A DNA stretch of 64,000 bases, taken from contig JAGLRN010000069.1 of assembly GCA_023136265.1 (NCBI GenBank), forward strand, positions 8,680 to 72,679. The letters are read 5' to 3'. The notes below the pieces were generated by a model, which was not told the origin of the DNA, made no database searches, and worked only from the letters and a program-made list of their open reading frames with translations. This document shows positions 23,856-33,279 of the stretch, piece after piece; positions within the stretch are counted from its first letter, which is position 1; the number at the start of each line of letters is the position of its first letter. Made by a program: the position numbers and the translations under genes. The DNA is from Thermoplasmata archaeon (GTDB lineage Archaea; Thermoplasmatota; Thermoplasmata; RBG-16-68-12; JAGMCJ01).

Positions 23856-25871
23856 ATGGCTAAGGAATCTGAAATGAAACAGAAGTCAGTAGACCCAGCG
23901 ACACTGGAGATGTTGGAGAAGGTGCGCGATTCGGACGTGGATGCCACAACGATGTGGGACCGCTACGAGACGATGCAGCCACAGTGCCGCTTCGGAGAGC
24001 TGGGAATATGCTGCACGATATGTCTTCAGGGACCGTGCAGGATCAATCCGTTCGGCAAGGAACCCTCGCGAGGCATATGCGGGGCGACGGCCTACACGAT
24101 CGTCTCGAGGAACCTTCTCAGGAAGATAGCGGCAGGATGCTCTGCCCACTCCGACCACGGAAGACACATAGCCCATACCATGAAGGCTCTTGTCGACGGA
24201 AAAGCCGACGCCTACTCGATCAAGGACGAGGACAAGCTCAGAGTCGTCGCGCAGAGGGTTGGCATAGATGTAGATGGAAAGGACACGATGGAGCTGACGA
24301 AGGAGCTTCTCGGGGAGGCATTCGAGGACTTCTCAAGGGTAGAGCACGAACCACTCACCTGGTTGCGGACCACGCTCACTCCCAGGAGGCTGGAAATGTT
24401 GGACAGATATGGTGTCCTTCCAAGCAACATCGATGCCGCGGTCGTGGAAATCATGCATCGCACCCACATAGGTGTGGATGCAGATCCCGTTCCCCTCATC
24501 TTCAGCGGGATAAAATGCGCTCTCGCCGATCTGGCCGGTGAGCACATATCCACGGACCTGAGCGACATCCTGTTCGGAACTCCCATGCTCACGTTCACTG
24601 AGTCGAACCTCGGTGTGCTCAAGAAGGAGTCCGTCAACATCGCGATGAACGGTCACAACCCCGTACTGAGCGAGATCATGTGCGATATTGCAGAGGAGAT
24701 GAAGGGTGCCGCCGAGGAAGTTGGAGCGGACGGCATAAACATCGTAGGGATATGTTGCACCGGAAACGAACTGCTCATGCGGCGGGGGATTCCGCTTGCG
24801 ACCAACTTCGCCTCCCAGGAGCTGGCCATCATGACTGGTGTCCTTGACGCCATGGTCATCGACTATCAGTGTATATTGCCCTCGCTTGGGATGTGGGCGA
24901 ACTGCTTCCACACGAAGCTGATATCGACGTCCGACCTCTGCAGGCAGACAGGTGATATCCACATAGAGTTCAATCCCGCGAGCGCGAAGGAGGATGCACG
25001 GAGGATACTCCTTCTGGCCATCAACGCCTACAAGGACAGGAATGAGAATGCCATTCACATACCGGATGTGAAGGAGACTTCCTGTGTCGGATTCAGCGTG
25101 GAACAGATCATGGAGATTCTGTCCAAGGCCTCCGATGATCCTCTTCAATATCTTGCGGACAAGCTCAAAGAGGGAAAGATCCAAGGATTCGCAGCACTCG
25201 TTGGGTGCAACAATGTGAAGACCTGCCATGACCTCAATCATCTGACCCTCGCAAAGGAGTTCATCAAGAACGATATCCTTGTCATCTCGACAGGCTGTGC
25301 CGCGGGCGCCTACGTCAGAGCGGGACTCACGAACTCCAAGGCGACCAAGGACCTCGCGGGAGAAGGTCTGAAGGAAGTGCTCACCGAGCTTGGAGAGAAG
25401 TTTGGCTTCGACGGCCCGTTCCCGCCCGTCTGGCACATGGGGTCCTGCGTTGATAACTCACGAATACACGACTTCATGACGATGCTCGCGAACAAGATGG
25501 GAATTGACATCAAGGACCTTCCCGTCGTGGCGAGTGCGCCCGAGGACATGAGCGAGAAGGCGGTCGTGATAGGGACGTGGCTGGTGGCGACTGGCTGGCC
25601 GACCCACGTGGCGGTGCTACCGTTCATACATGGAAGTCCCCTCGTGGTGCAGATAGCCGAGAACACCGCCCGCGACGTTTACGGAGGCTACTTCGTCTTC
25701 GAGGAGGACCCGGACGAAGCTGCCAGGAAACTGGTCAACATAGTGAAGAACCGACGCTGGAGGTTGGGCATTGGTGAGGACAAGGAGACCATCTATTGGT
25801 CCGGCGAGACCAAGGAGGATGTTTTCGCGGAGAAACCTGAGGTCGCGGCTGACGGAGGTGAGGAGGAATGA
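23856..25871 (+). CDS. cooS: Ni-dependent carbon monoxide dehydrogenase catalytic subunit (CooS/AcsA)
   Basis: 671 aa with D/B-cluster cysteines CRFGELGICCTICLQGPCRI, C-cluster region HSDHGRH, and CCTGNELLMRRGIPLATNFASQELA...GCNNV. Confidence 0.9.
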   Translation: MAKESEMKQKSVDPATLEMLEKVRDSDVDATTMWDRYETMQPQCRFGELGICCTICLQGPCRINPFGKEPSRGICGATAYTIVSRNLLRKIAAGCSAHSDHGRHIAHTMKALVDGKADAYSIKDEDKLRVVAQRVGIDVDGKDTMELTKELLGEAFEDFSRVEHEPLTWLRTTLTPRRLEMLDRYGVLPSNIDAAVVEIMHRTHIGVDADPVPLIFSGIKCALADLAGEHISTDLSDILFGTPMLTFTESNLGVLKKESVNIAMNGHNPVLSEIMCDIAEEMKGAAEEVGADGINIVGICCTGNELLMRRGIPLATNFASQELAIMTGVLDAMVIDYQCILPSLGMWANCFHTKLISTSDLCRQTGDIHIEFNPASAKEDARRILLLAINAYKDRNENAIHIPDVKETSCVGFSVEQIMEILSKASDDPLQYLADKLKEGKIQGFAALVGCNNVKTCHDLNHLTLAKEFIKNDILVISTGCAAGAYVRAGLTNSKATKDLAGEGLKEVLTELGEKFGFDGPFPPVWHMGSCVDNSRIHDFMTMLANKMGIDIKDLPVVASAPEDMSEKAVVIGTWLVATGWPTHVAVLPFIHGSPLVVQIAENTARDVYGGYFVFEEDPDEAARKLVNIVKNRRWRLGIGEDKETIYWSGETKEDVFAEKPEVAADGGEEE

Positions 25872-28024
25872 CCAAGGTCACACAGACGGAACTGTTCAGC
25901 ATGGCGATTTCCGGAGCCATAACGGCAACCGGCTACGCTGACGTTCTCCTGAACCGCGCCCTGAGGAAATACGGTCCTAACCAGACGATCGAGTATCCAG
26001 ACACGGGATACGAGCTTCCCTGCTTCTACGGCTGGACGACGACGCCCGTGAAGACGCTCAGTGACCTTCCCGCCCTCCTCGGAGAGGTCAGGGGGAAGAT
26101 AAGGCACGAGCCTACTCTCGAGAACGCGCTAACGGCCGGTGAGGCCACCATGTGGTCCGCCGAGATCGTGGAGGCGCTTCGGTACATCAATAACGATAAG
26201 CCGTTCGAGAACGAGGCCCCGCCAGGAAAGCAGGAGTACTGCGGTTTCGTGGGCGATCCCGTCCTCAGGAATCTGGGCATAGCGTTCGTCGACGATACCA
26301 TCCCTGGTGCTGTAGTCTTCGTCGGAAAGGCGAAGGACCCGGAGGCGCTAGCGAGGATAGTGAGGGACTTCCAGAACAAGGGCATGCTGCTCATGGCGAC
26401 ATTCGACATAATCAGGCAGCTCGAGGACCAGGGAATCAAGATGGGGACTGACATAATGCTCTTTCCCCTCGGCGAGTTCACGCAGGCGATACACGGCCTG
26501 AGCTTCGCCATCAGGGCCGCCCTCGCTTTCGGCGGGATAAAGCGCGGAGACCGAGAGGGACTGCTGAAATACCTCAAGACGAGACCCAAGGTCGTGGTGT
26601 TCCAGTTCGGCCCGCTCGACCAGATTAAGGTCGCAGCCGAGTTCGCCGTGATGTTCAACGGCTCCCCGACGATCACGGACCAGGATGTAGAGGAGATCCC
26701 GGGCAAGTACATCGTGCAGAAGGACTACGACCAGATGGTTCAGACGGCCATCGAAGTAAGGGACATGCAGGTCAAGCTCGCAGCCGTCGACATCCCGGTC
26801 CCGTACGGACCCGCGTTCGAGGGCGAGACCGTCAGGAAACCGGACACATACGTGGAATGCGGTGGACCCTCCAAGACGCCCGTCTTCGAGCTGGTGAAGA
26901 TGCGAGAGGCGGACGAGGTCGAGGACGGCAAGATAACCATGATCGGGAAGGATGTCGACGAGCTCGAGGAAGGGAGCGGCAGCCCGCTCGGGATCGTAGT
27001 CGAGGTTTACGGAAAGGACATGCAGAAGGACTTCGAGTCTGTCCTGGAGAGGAGGATACATCAGTTCATCAACTTCACCGAGGGCGGGTGGCACACGGGC
27101 CAGAGGAACCTTCTTTGGATAAGGCTCAGCAAGGACGGTGTCGGCCAGGGACTGAGGTTCAAGCACTTCGGCGACGTGCTGCACGCCAAGTTCCACGACG
27201 ACTTTGGCGGACTGTTGAGCCGTGTTCAGGTGACCATAACAACGGACCCGGCGGAAATCGAGAAGCACCTTCCGGAGGCGATGGAATCCTACGATTACAG
27301 GGACGAACGCCTGAGAGGCATGACCGACGAGGCCGTGGAAACGTTCTACACCTGCACTCTGTGCCAGAGCTTTGCCCCGAACCACGTGTGTATCATCACT
27401 CCCGAGAGGCTCGGGCTCTGCGGCGCCATCAACTGGCTGGACGCCAAGGCCAGTAATCAGATTACGCCGACGGGTCCGAATCAACCCATTGACAAGAAGA
27501 CCACTATAGAGGAGGTCAAGGGCCAGTGGGAGGGCGTGAACGAGGCGGTAATCGAGCACTCTCACGGGAAGCTGGACAAGTTCAACATCTACACCATGAT
27601 GGAGGACCCGATGACATCGTGCGGCTGCTTCGAATGCATCGTCGGCATAGTTCCTGAGGCGAACGGCGTCGTCGTTGTAAACCGGGAGCACGGCGGGATG
27701 ACGCCCCTGGGGATGAAGTTCTCCACGCTCGCTGGAACTGTGGGCGGCGGACTGCAGATGCCTGGGTTCATAGGCGTCGGAAGGTACTACCTACTGTCGA
27801 ACAAGTTCATAAGCGCGGATGGCGGATTCCAGAGGATCGTCTGGATGCCGAAGGAGCTCAAGGACGCGATGTACGACAAACTTAAAGAGAGAGCAGAGGA
27901 ATTGGGCATTCCCGATTTCGTGGACAAGATCGCTGACGAGACGGTCGCAACGGAATCGGCGGAGCTGCTTGAGTTCCTCGCAGAGAAGGAGCATCCAGCT
28001 CTGAAGTTACCATCTATGCTGTAG
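25868..28024 (+). CDS. acsB: Acetyl-CoA synthase catalytic subunit, full-length bacterial type (AcsB)
   Basis: 718 aa with the N-terminal domain present (SGAITATGYADVLLNRALRKYGP), the A-cluster motif TSCGCFECIVGI, FYTCTLCQSFAPNHVCIITPERLGLCGAINWLD, and C-terminal ...HPALKLPSML. It is collinear with the Moorella-type AcsB rather than the about 470-aa archaeal CdhC. Confidence 0.9.
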   Translation: MTKVTQTELFSMAISGAITATGYADVLLNRALRKYGPNQTIEYPDTGYELPCFYGWTTTPVKTLSDLPALLGEVRGKIRHEPTLENALTAGEATMWSAEIVEALRYINNDKPFENEAPPGKQEYCGFVGDPVLRNLGIAFVDDTIPGAVVFVGKAKDPEALARIVRDFQNKGMLLMATFDIIRQLEDQGIKMGTDIMLFPLGEFTQAIHGLSFAIRAALAFGGIKRGDREGLLKYLKTRPKVVVFQFGPLDQIKVAAEFAVMFNGSPTITDQDVEEIPGKYIVQKDYDQMVQTAIEVRDMQVKLAAVDIPVPYGPAFEGETVRKPDTYVECGGPSKTPVFELVKMREADEVEDGKITMIGKDVDELEEGSGSPLGIVVEVYGKDMQKDFESVLERRIHQFINFTEGGWHTGQRNLLWIRLSKDGVGQGLRFKHFGDVLHAKFHDDFGGLLSRVQVTITTDPAEIEKHLPEAMESYDYRDERLRGMTDEAVETFYTCTLCQSFAPNHVCIITPERLGLCGAINWLDAKASNQITPTGPNQPIDKKTTIEEVKGQWEGVNEAVIEHSHGKLDKFNIYTMMEDPMTSCGCFECIVGIVPEANGVVVVNREHGGMTPLGMKFSTLAGTVGGGLQMPGFIGVGRYYLLSNKFISADGGFQRIVWMPKELKDAMYDKLKERAEELGIPDFVDKIADETVATESAELLEFLAEKEHPALKLPSML

Positions 28025-28036
28025 GGGCTTGGTACA

Positions 28037-28999
28037 ATGGCATTGGAGTTGCCCAAGGAGAAGTGGGTAGGGAAGATTGGACAAGTCGTCATCGGAGCCC
28101 TCGAGAGCGAGGGGGGAACGCGGACGAGCAAAGTTGCCCTGGGAGGGGCAACGAGCCTGCCTTTCCTCGGCTTTGAGGGCGAGTATCCGAACGAGCCGCC
28201 GATAGGGATGGAGATTTTCGACATCGTCCGAGAGGACTATCCAGAGGTTGCGAGGAAGCCCTTCGAGGATGTCATCGACGACCCCGGTAAGTGGGCCAAG
28301 AAGTGCGTCGAGGAATACGGCGCGGACATGATCTGCATCAGGATGATCGGCACGAACCCGGAGGAGGAGAACCGCTCGGTCGAGGACGCTGAACAGACGA
28401 TCAAGGAACTCAAGGAAGCGGTCGGAGTCCCGCTCCTGATCTACGGCTCCGGAGATGAGGAGAAGGACGCCAAGGTCCTCGAGATGGCCTCGAACGTTAT
28501 GGCCGGCGAGAGATGCCTTCTCGGTCTCGCGGAGGAGGCCGCGTACAAGTCGATATCCGTCGCGACCATGTCCAACGACCATGGAATCGTGGCGTTCAGC
28601 AATCTGGACATCAACCTGGCGAAGCAGATGAACATCCTGCTCACGGATTTCGGTGTCAAGCTCGGGAACATCGTCATGGACCCGCTTCAGGCGGGCCTAG
28701 GATACGGGCTCGAGTACTCGTACTCGGTCATCGAGAGGATCCGGCTCGCCGCGCTCATGGGAGATAAGATTCTTCAGGTTCCCATGATGTGCGGGACAGC
28801 GCGCGTCTGGAACGCGAGGGAGGCGTTCAAGGAGGACGCCGACACCGGGGATTCCACCTCCCGAGCGATATTCTGGGAGGCCACGACCGGTCTGTCCGCC
28901 CTACTGGCGGGCGCGGACGCGCTTCTCATGAGACATCCGGATGCCGTCAAGCACGTCAAGGAGTCCGTCAAGAACCTCTACGGAGGAGGCGAGCAGTAA
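28037..28999 (+). CDS. acsD: Corrinoid iron-sulfur protein small subunit (AcsD/CdhD-like TIM barrel, bacterial length)
   Basis: 320 aa, MALELPKEKWVGKIGQVVIGA...VALGGATSLPFLGFEG, typical of the CoFeSP delta subunit. Confidence 0.8.
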   Translation: MALELPKEKWVGKIGQVVIGALESEGGTRTSKVALGGATSLPFLGFEGEYPNEPPIGMEIFDIVREDYPEVARKPFEDVIDDPGKWAKKCVEEYGADMICIRMIGTNPEEENRSVEDAEQTIKELKEAVGVPLLIYGSGDEEKDAKVLEMASNVMAGERCLLGLAEEAAYKSISVATMSNDHGIVAFSNLDINLAKQMNILLTDFGVKLGNIVMDPLQAGLGYGLEYSYSVIERIRLAALMGDKILQVPMMCGTARVWNAREAFKEDADTGDSTSRAIFWEATTGLSALLAGADALLMRHPDAVKHVKESVKNLYGGGEQ

Positions 29000-30333
29000 T
29001 GGCGCTCACTGCCCTGGACATCTACAAGAAACTGCCGCAGACGAACTGCGGGAAATGTGGGTTCCCAACATGCCTGGCATTCGCGATGCAGCTGGCCAAC
29101 AAGAAGGCGAGCATCGACGCCTGTCCGGACGTCTCGGACGAGGCAAAGGAACTGCTGGAATCCTCAGCCGCACCGCCGATAAAACTGGTGAAGGTGGGCT
29201 CTGGGGACAGGGAGATTGAGATGGGAGACGAGGTCGTCATGCATAGGCACGAGAAGACGTTCTACCATCCTGTCGCGTACGCCCTGATGGTCGATGATGA
29301 CTCTCCAGACATAGAGTCCAAGGTCCAGGCGGCCGGGGAGATGAAGTTCGAGCGAGTGGGGCAGGAGATGCAACTCGACATGATCGCAATTCGCTCGAAA
29401 TCGGACGATCCAGCGAAGTTCTCCTCTGCCGTCTCCGCGGTGAAGGGAAAGACGTCAGTACCGCTCGCGCTCGTGTCGCAGAACCCAGCGGTCATAGAGG
29501 AAGGGCTGAAGGTCTGCGGCTCTGACAGACCGCTCATTCACGCCGCGACCAAAGACAACTTCGAGAAGATGGCGGAGCTCGCGAAGGCGAACAACTGCCC
29601 GCTGGCGGTCCTCGAGGACTCGGGACTGGAGGAGCTCGCTGAACTGAGCAAGAAGGTGAAGGAGGCGGGCGTGGAGGACATAGTCCTTGACCTCGGCAAG
29701 AAACCCCTGGGCAAGCTGTTCCAGGAGCTCACGCTGATCAGGCGGCTCGCCATCAAGAAGCTCTTCAGACCTCTCGGCTATCCGATCATCATGTTCGCCG
29801 AGGGCGAGGGGGCAAGCGAGGGTCTGGAAGCCGCGATCGGAACCCTGAAGTACGCTTCCATCGTCGTTATGAAGGAGGCGGACAGGGCCATCATGTATCC
29901 GCTGTTCACGCTCAGGCAGAACATCTACACAGACCCGCAGAAGCCCATACAGGTGAAGCCTGGCATATACGAACTCAACGGACCCGCCGAGGACTCACCG
30001 GTGATGATCACCACGAACTTCTCGCTCACTTACTTCACCGTCGCGGGGGACATCGAGACCAGCAAGGTCCCGAGCTATCTCCTCGTGGCCGATTCCGAGG
30101 GTCTGTCCGTGATGACGGCGTTCGCGGCGGACAAGTTCACCGCCGACACCGCTACGGAGCTGATAGAGAGCTGCGGGATTGCGGACAAGGTCAATCACAA
30201 GAAGATCATCATCCCCGGACAGGTGGCGAGGATGAGTGGAAAGCTCAACGAGAACTCCGGCTGGGAAGTGGTCGTGGGACCGAGGGATTCCTCCGGCCTT
30301 CCGAAGTACCTGAGAGAATACACTAGCGCCTAG
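28999..30333 (+). CDS. acsC: Corrinoid iron-sulfur protein large subunit (AcsC/CdhE) with an N-terminal [4Fe-4S] motif
   Basis: Starts MALTALDIYKKLPQTNCGKCGFPTCLAFAMQLA (Cx2Cx4C...C), with the ATG overlapping the acsD stop (TAATG), followed by TIM-barrel and B12-binding regions. The listed ORF has a spurious 70-aa N-terminal extension. Confidence 0.85.
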   Translation: MALTALDIYKKLPQTNCGKCGFPTCLAFAMQLANKKASIDACPDVSDEAKELLESSAAPPIKLVKVGSGDREIEMGDEVVMHRHEKTFYHPVAYALMVDDDSPDIESKVQAAGEMKFERVGQEMQLDMIAIRSKSDDPAKFSSAVSAVKGKTSVPLALVSQNPAVIEEGLKVCGSDRPLIHAATKDNFEKMAELAKANNCPLAVLEDSGLEELAELSKKVKEAGVEDIVLDLGKKPLGKLFQELTLIRRLAIKKLFRPLGYPIIMFAEGEGASEGLEAAIGTLKYASIVVMKEADRAIMYPLFTLRQNIYTDPQKPIQVKPGIYELNGPAEDSPVMITTNFSLTYFTVAGDIETSKVPSYLLVADSEGLSVMTAFAADKFTADTATELIESCGIADKVNHKKIIIPGQVARMSGKLNENSGWEVVVGPRDSSGLPKYLREYTSA

Positions 30334-31473
30334 CTACATCTGCGTCGGGTCCAGGTAGCTCGCTTCCTTCTTCCTGATCGGCTCGAGTGACTTGTCCACG
30401 GTCTTTTTCATCTGCAGACCGGAGACGTGCATCAGAGTGTCCCCGAGGTCGTCCTCGACGTTCATCGAGCACAGGCATGGATAGTGATGGTGCGCCAGCC
30501 CCGCCTTTTCCACGGCATCCCTGACCTCAGTTCCTGGGAGTTTATCGGCAACGAACCTCCCGCAGCCGCAGGGCGAGTCACGCACGACCTCCGTCCCCGT
30601 CACGGTGTTCTTCTCGACCTTCACGTCCAGTATGGGCCTTCCGAAGAATTCAGCGAACTTGTCGATGATAGGATTGCCCACCGCATCGAGGGTGCAAAAG
30701 GGCCTCGGGAACGCGGTTGCGATTCCGGTCTTTGAGAGTTCCCGCTTGATTTGCGTCTTCATCCCGAGTGGTAGCCACTGTGAGCTGTCCACCGGTGCGA
30801 TTAATGCCATCGCATCTGCGGCCTTCACTATGTCTACGATCAGTTGAGCGGCGCTCGAGTTCTCCTGCAGGGCGAGCACTAGGTCCGCTTTGGGCACGGA
30901 CTCTGGCAGGAACTCAGCGGGGTCGTCGATGACGAGTGGCAGGTCCACCGGGAGCATCAGTGTCTCCACCTTGAAGCCCTCGGGACCGTTGTCCTGAACA
31001 TTCTTGGCGATGCGCTCACCGTACTCACCCTGAACGAGCGCGAGAATCGTCATTTCTCCTTTGCCTACCCGCTCGAGTTCCTCGGCGGTCAGCTCCCGCT
31101 TCTGGATTTCCTCCTCCTTCTCCGCGGCCCGCTCGACGTGATAGGTCGGCCCTCTCTCCAGAGCCTCAAGAAGCCGCTTCTCGAAGGCCTCCATTTCGTC
31201 CCAATCTAGCTCTTCGCCTATGTCCAGAGCGATCGCCGAGTGCTTCGCCTCCCCCTGGAGCGTGTTCTTCTCGCCCGCGAGAACGGAGATCTCCGTCTCT
31301 CCAACGATCAATCGGAGGTTCGAGAAGACCTCCTTCTTCTTCTGAGCCTTGAGATATACCCTCTCAGGAGTGTAGTCGAAACGGCACGATCCTGTGCTGA
31401 GCGCCGCCGATCTGAGGGCCGCAACGACATCGCTTCCAGAGTATTCCTTGCCGAATGTGACTTCCTTTCTCAT
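30334..31473 (-). CDS. Hypothetical protein with a C-terminal Cys/His motif, embedded in the acs cluster
   Basis: 379 aa with no recognisable catalytic motif. C-terminal SPCGCGRFVADK...HHHYPCLCS. It is convergent with acsC with zero gap, and sits upstream of acsF/cooC2 on the same strand. Confidence 0.4.
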   Translation of the reverse strand: MRKEVTFGKEYSGSDVVAALRSAALSTGSCRFDYTPERVYLKAQKKKEVFSNLRLIVGETEISVLAGEKNTLQGEAKHSAIALDIGEELDWDEMEAFEKRLLEALERGPTYHVERAAEKEEEIQKRELTAEELERVGKGEMTILALVQGEYGERIAKNVQDNGPEGFKVETLMLPVDLPLVIDDPAEFLPESVPKADLVLALQENSSAAQLIVDIVKAADAMALIAPVDSSQWLPLGMKTQIKRELSKTGIATAFPRPFCTLDAVGNPIIDKFAEFFGRPILDVKVEKNTVTGTEVVRDSPCGCGRFVADKLPGTEVRDAVEKAGLAHHHYPCLCSMNVEDDLGDTLMHVSGLQMKKTVDKSLEPIRKKEASYLDPTQM

Positions 31474-31506
31474 GTTCTGCCTCTGCCGACTAGAAGTTGG
31501 CGCTGG

Positions 31507-32253
31507 CTAGATGTTCAGCTTGGCGAGGATCTCCTTGGCCCGCGCGTAGGCGACGCTGTCCGTGGGGAGGTCGATGAGCGGATCCCCGGTCAGGGAGAGC
31601 TCTTTTATGTTCTGGTCCTCGGGGAACACTTCCCTGCAGTTAAAACCAGCCTCCTCGATGACCGGGCTCAGGAGCTCCGGGATCTCGGCGGTGCGGCTGA
31701 TGACCAGGCATCTATCCTTCACCTTCAGGTCTAGGCTACCGCTCAGTTCCCTGATCCTTCCAGCGGTCACCACGCCGTGTTTGGTCGGGTCCGACAGTAT
31801 GAACATCATGTCGACGTTCCTTGTGGTCCTCCTGCTGAGGTGCTCCATCCCGGCCTCGTTGTCTATGACCACGTAATCGTAGTTCGCCGAGAGCTGGTCC
31901 AGATACGTCCGAAGGATGTTGTTGATGTAGCAGTAGCAACCCGGACCCTCCTGTCTGCCCATCGCGACTAGGTCGAACTTGTCGCCCTCGACCATGGCCA
32001 TACGGAGGTTATAGTCCACGTAGTCCTGCTTGGACATAGCGGGGGATGAATCACCAACGTTCTTGAGCAGGTCCTCTCTGAGATCGCCGATCGTCTGGTT
32101 CACTTCGACCCCGAGCATCACGTCGAGCGTCGAGTTTGGGTCTGCGTCGACCGCCAGAACCACGGACTTCTCGCTGAGCGCCTTTATCAGAAGCGTCGCG
32201 AACGTGGACTTCCCCACGCCGCCCTTGCCCGAAACGGCGATGGTCTTTCCCAT
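31507..32253 (-). CDS. acsF: Second CooC-family Ni-insertion ATPase (AcsF-like)
   Basis: MGKTIAVSGKGGVGKST Walker A and the CxC motif GPGCYCYINN. A GGAGGA SD lies 6 nt upstream of the internal ATG; the listed ORF begins 9 codons earlier. Confidence 0.8.
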   Translation of the reverse strand: MGKTIAVSGKGGVGKSTFATLLIKALSEKSVVLAVDADPNSTLDVMLGVEVNQTIGDLREDLLKNVGDSSPAMSKQDYVDYNLRMAMVEGDKFDLVAMGRQEGPGCYCYINNILRTYLDQLSANYDYVVIDNEAGMEHLSRRTTRNVDMMFILSDPTKHGVVTAGRIRELSGSLDLKVKDRCLVISRTAEIPELLSPVIEEAGFNCREVFPEDQNIKELSLTGDPLIDLPTDSVAYARAKEILAKLNI

Positions 32254-32254
32254 C

Positions 32255-33256
32255 TCAGTCCTCCAGACCGTACTTCTCACGCATGTGGCTGGACAGTTCC
32301 CTCGTCATCCTCAGGGCCGCCTCCGCCTGTTCCTCGCTCAGGCCTGATAGGCCGCACATGGGCGTCACAAGGGACTGCCTGCGAATCCTTTCCTCGTCCA
32401 CACCTTTCCCTGCCAGCAGTCCAATATTACTTTCAAGCTTCCCTATAAGACTTTGCAGATTCTCAGCTGCAAAGGCGTCGGGTGTCGATGGGACCACGCC
32501 CCACGCGATAAGGCCTCCCCGGTCCAGGAAGGCTGACACATCCTCGGGATAGAGCGAGAGCGTGTGACCATAGTTGTACGCGTCGAAGGAGAGCATGCTG
32601 GCAGGAGACCGCAGGATGAGCGGCCATTCCGTGTTCCCGCAGCAGTGGAACCCGCTCAGCCCGCCAAGGTCGTTGACCACGTCCTCGAACAATGTGAGGA
32701 CCTCGTCCTTGCTGATGTTCAGGAATGCCGAGCCATACATGTTGAGATACGGCTCGTCGAAGACGACCAGTGTGTTCTCGTGAAGACCGGAGAGGCGGTT
32801 TGCCATCCAACGCGCGGTCATGTTCACCGTCTTCGTGACGATCTCCTTGTACGTGTCGTCGTACAGAAGCGATCTCTTGTCCTCGTACGTCAGGTTGAGA
32901 CCCAGGCTGATGGGTCCCGTGACCTGCCCTCGAACAATCTTGGCGGGGGTTCCCTTCACCGCCCTCTCGAACTCGAAGAATGCGGTGGCGAACTCGGGTG
33001 ACAGCGAGAAGTATTCCAAATCCTCCTCAATGACCTTCTCGTAGAAGGACTCGATCTCAGATGCCTCCCCCGGTTCTACGAATATCCTGTCATCCTCCAT
33101 CCGGACGCCAGGGATGCTCTGCGAGTACTGGGCGTACATGTTCTCCTTGAATCCCCGGCGGGGAAGCTGTGGCCAGGTCGGGATCTCGGGCGTGTACTTC
33201 AGAACGAGCTCCACGGCCTTTTTGACGTCGGTGTGCGGGAGGCTTCCGACGGTCAT
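32255..33256 (-). CDS. Core MetE-like (cobalamin-independent methionine synthase C-terminal domain / URO-D fold) Zn-dependent methyltransferase
   Basis: LVVFDEPYLN (MetE IQIDEPAL-like), His-x-Cys FHCCGN, and a distal Cys in TPMCGLSGL (MetE PDCGL-like). 333 aa, without the N-terminal folate-binding barrel of full MetE. Confidence 0.6.
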   Translation of the reverse strand: MTVGSLPHTDVKKAVELVLKYTPEIPTWPQLPRRGFKENMYAQYSQSIPGVRMEDDRIFVEPGEASEIESFYEKVIEEDLEYFSLSPEFATAFFEFERAVKGTPAKIVRGQVTGPISLGLNLTYEDKRSLLYDDTYKEIVTKTVNMTARWMANRLSGLHENTLVVFDEPYLNMYGSAFLNISKDEVLTLFEDVVNDLGGLSGFHCCGNTEWPLILRSPASMLSFDAYNYGHTLSLYPEDVSAFLDRGGLIAWGVVPSTPDAFAAENLQSLIGKLESNIGLLAGKGVDEERIRRQSLVTPMCGLSGLSEEQAEAALRMTRELSSHMREKYGLED

Positions 33257-33279
33257 CGGAAGGAAATCCGCACGGAAGG

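Noticed and set aside
28789-30333. 70-codon N-terminal extension of the acsC ORF
   Set aside because: The extension overlaps acsD in another frame and is Arg/Gly-rich. The real start MALTALDIYKK, with its Fe-S motif, coincides with the acsD stop (TAATG).
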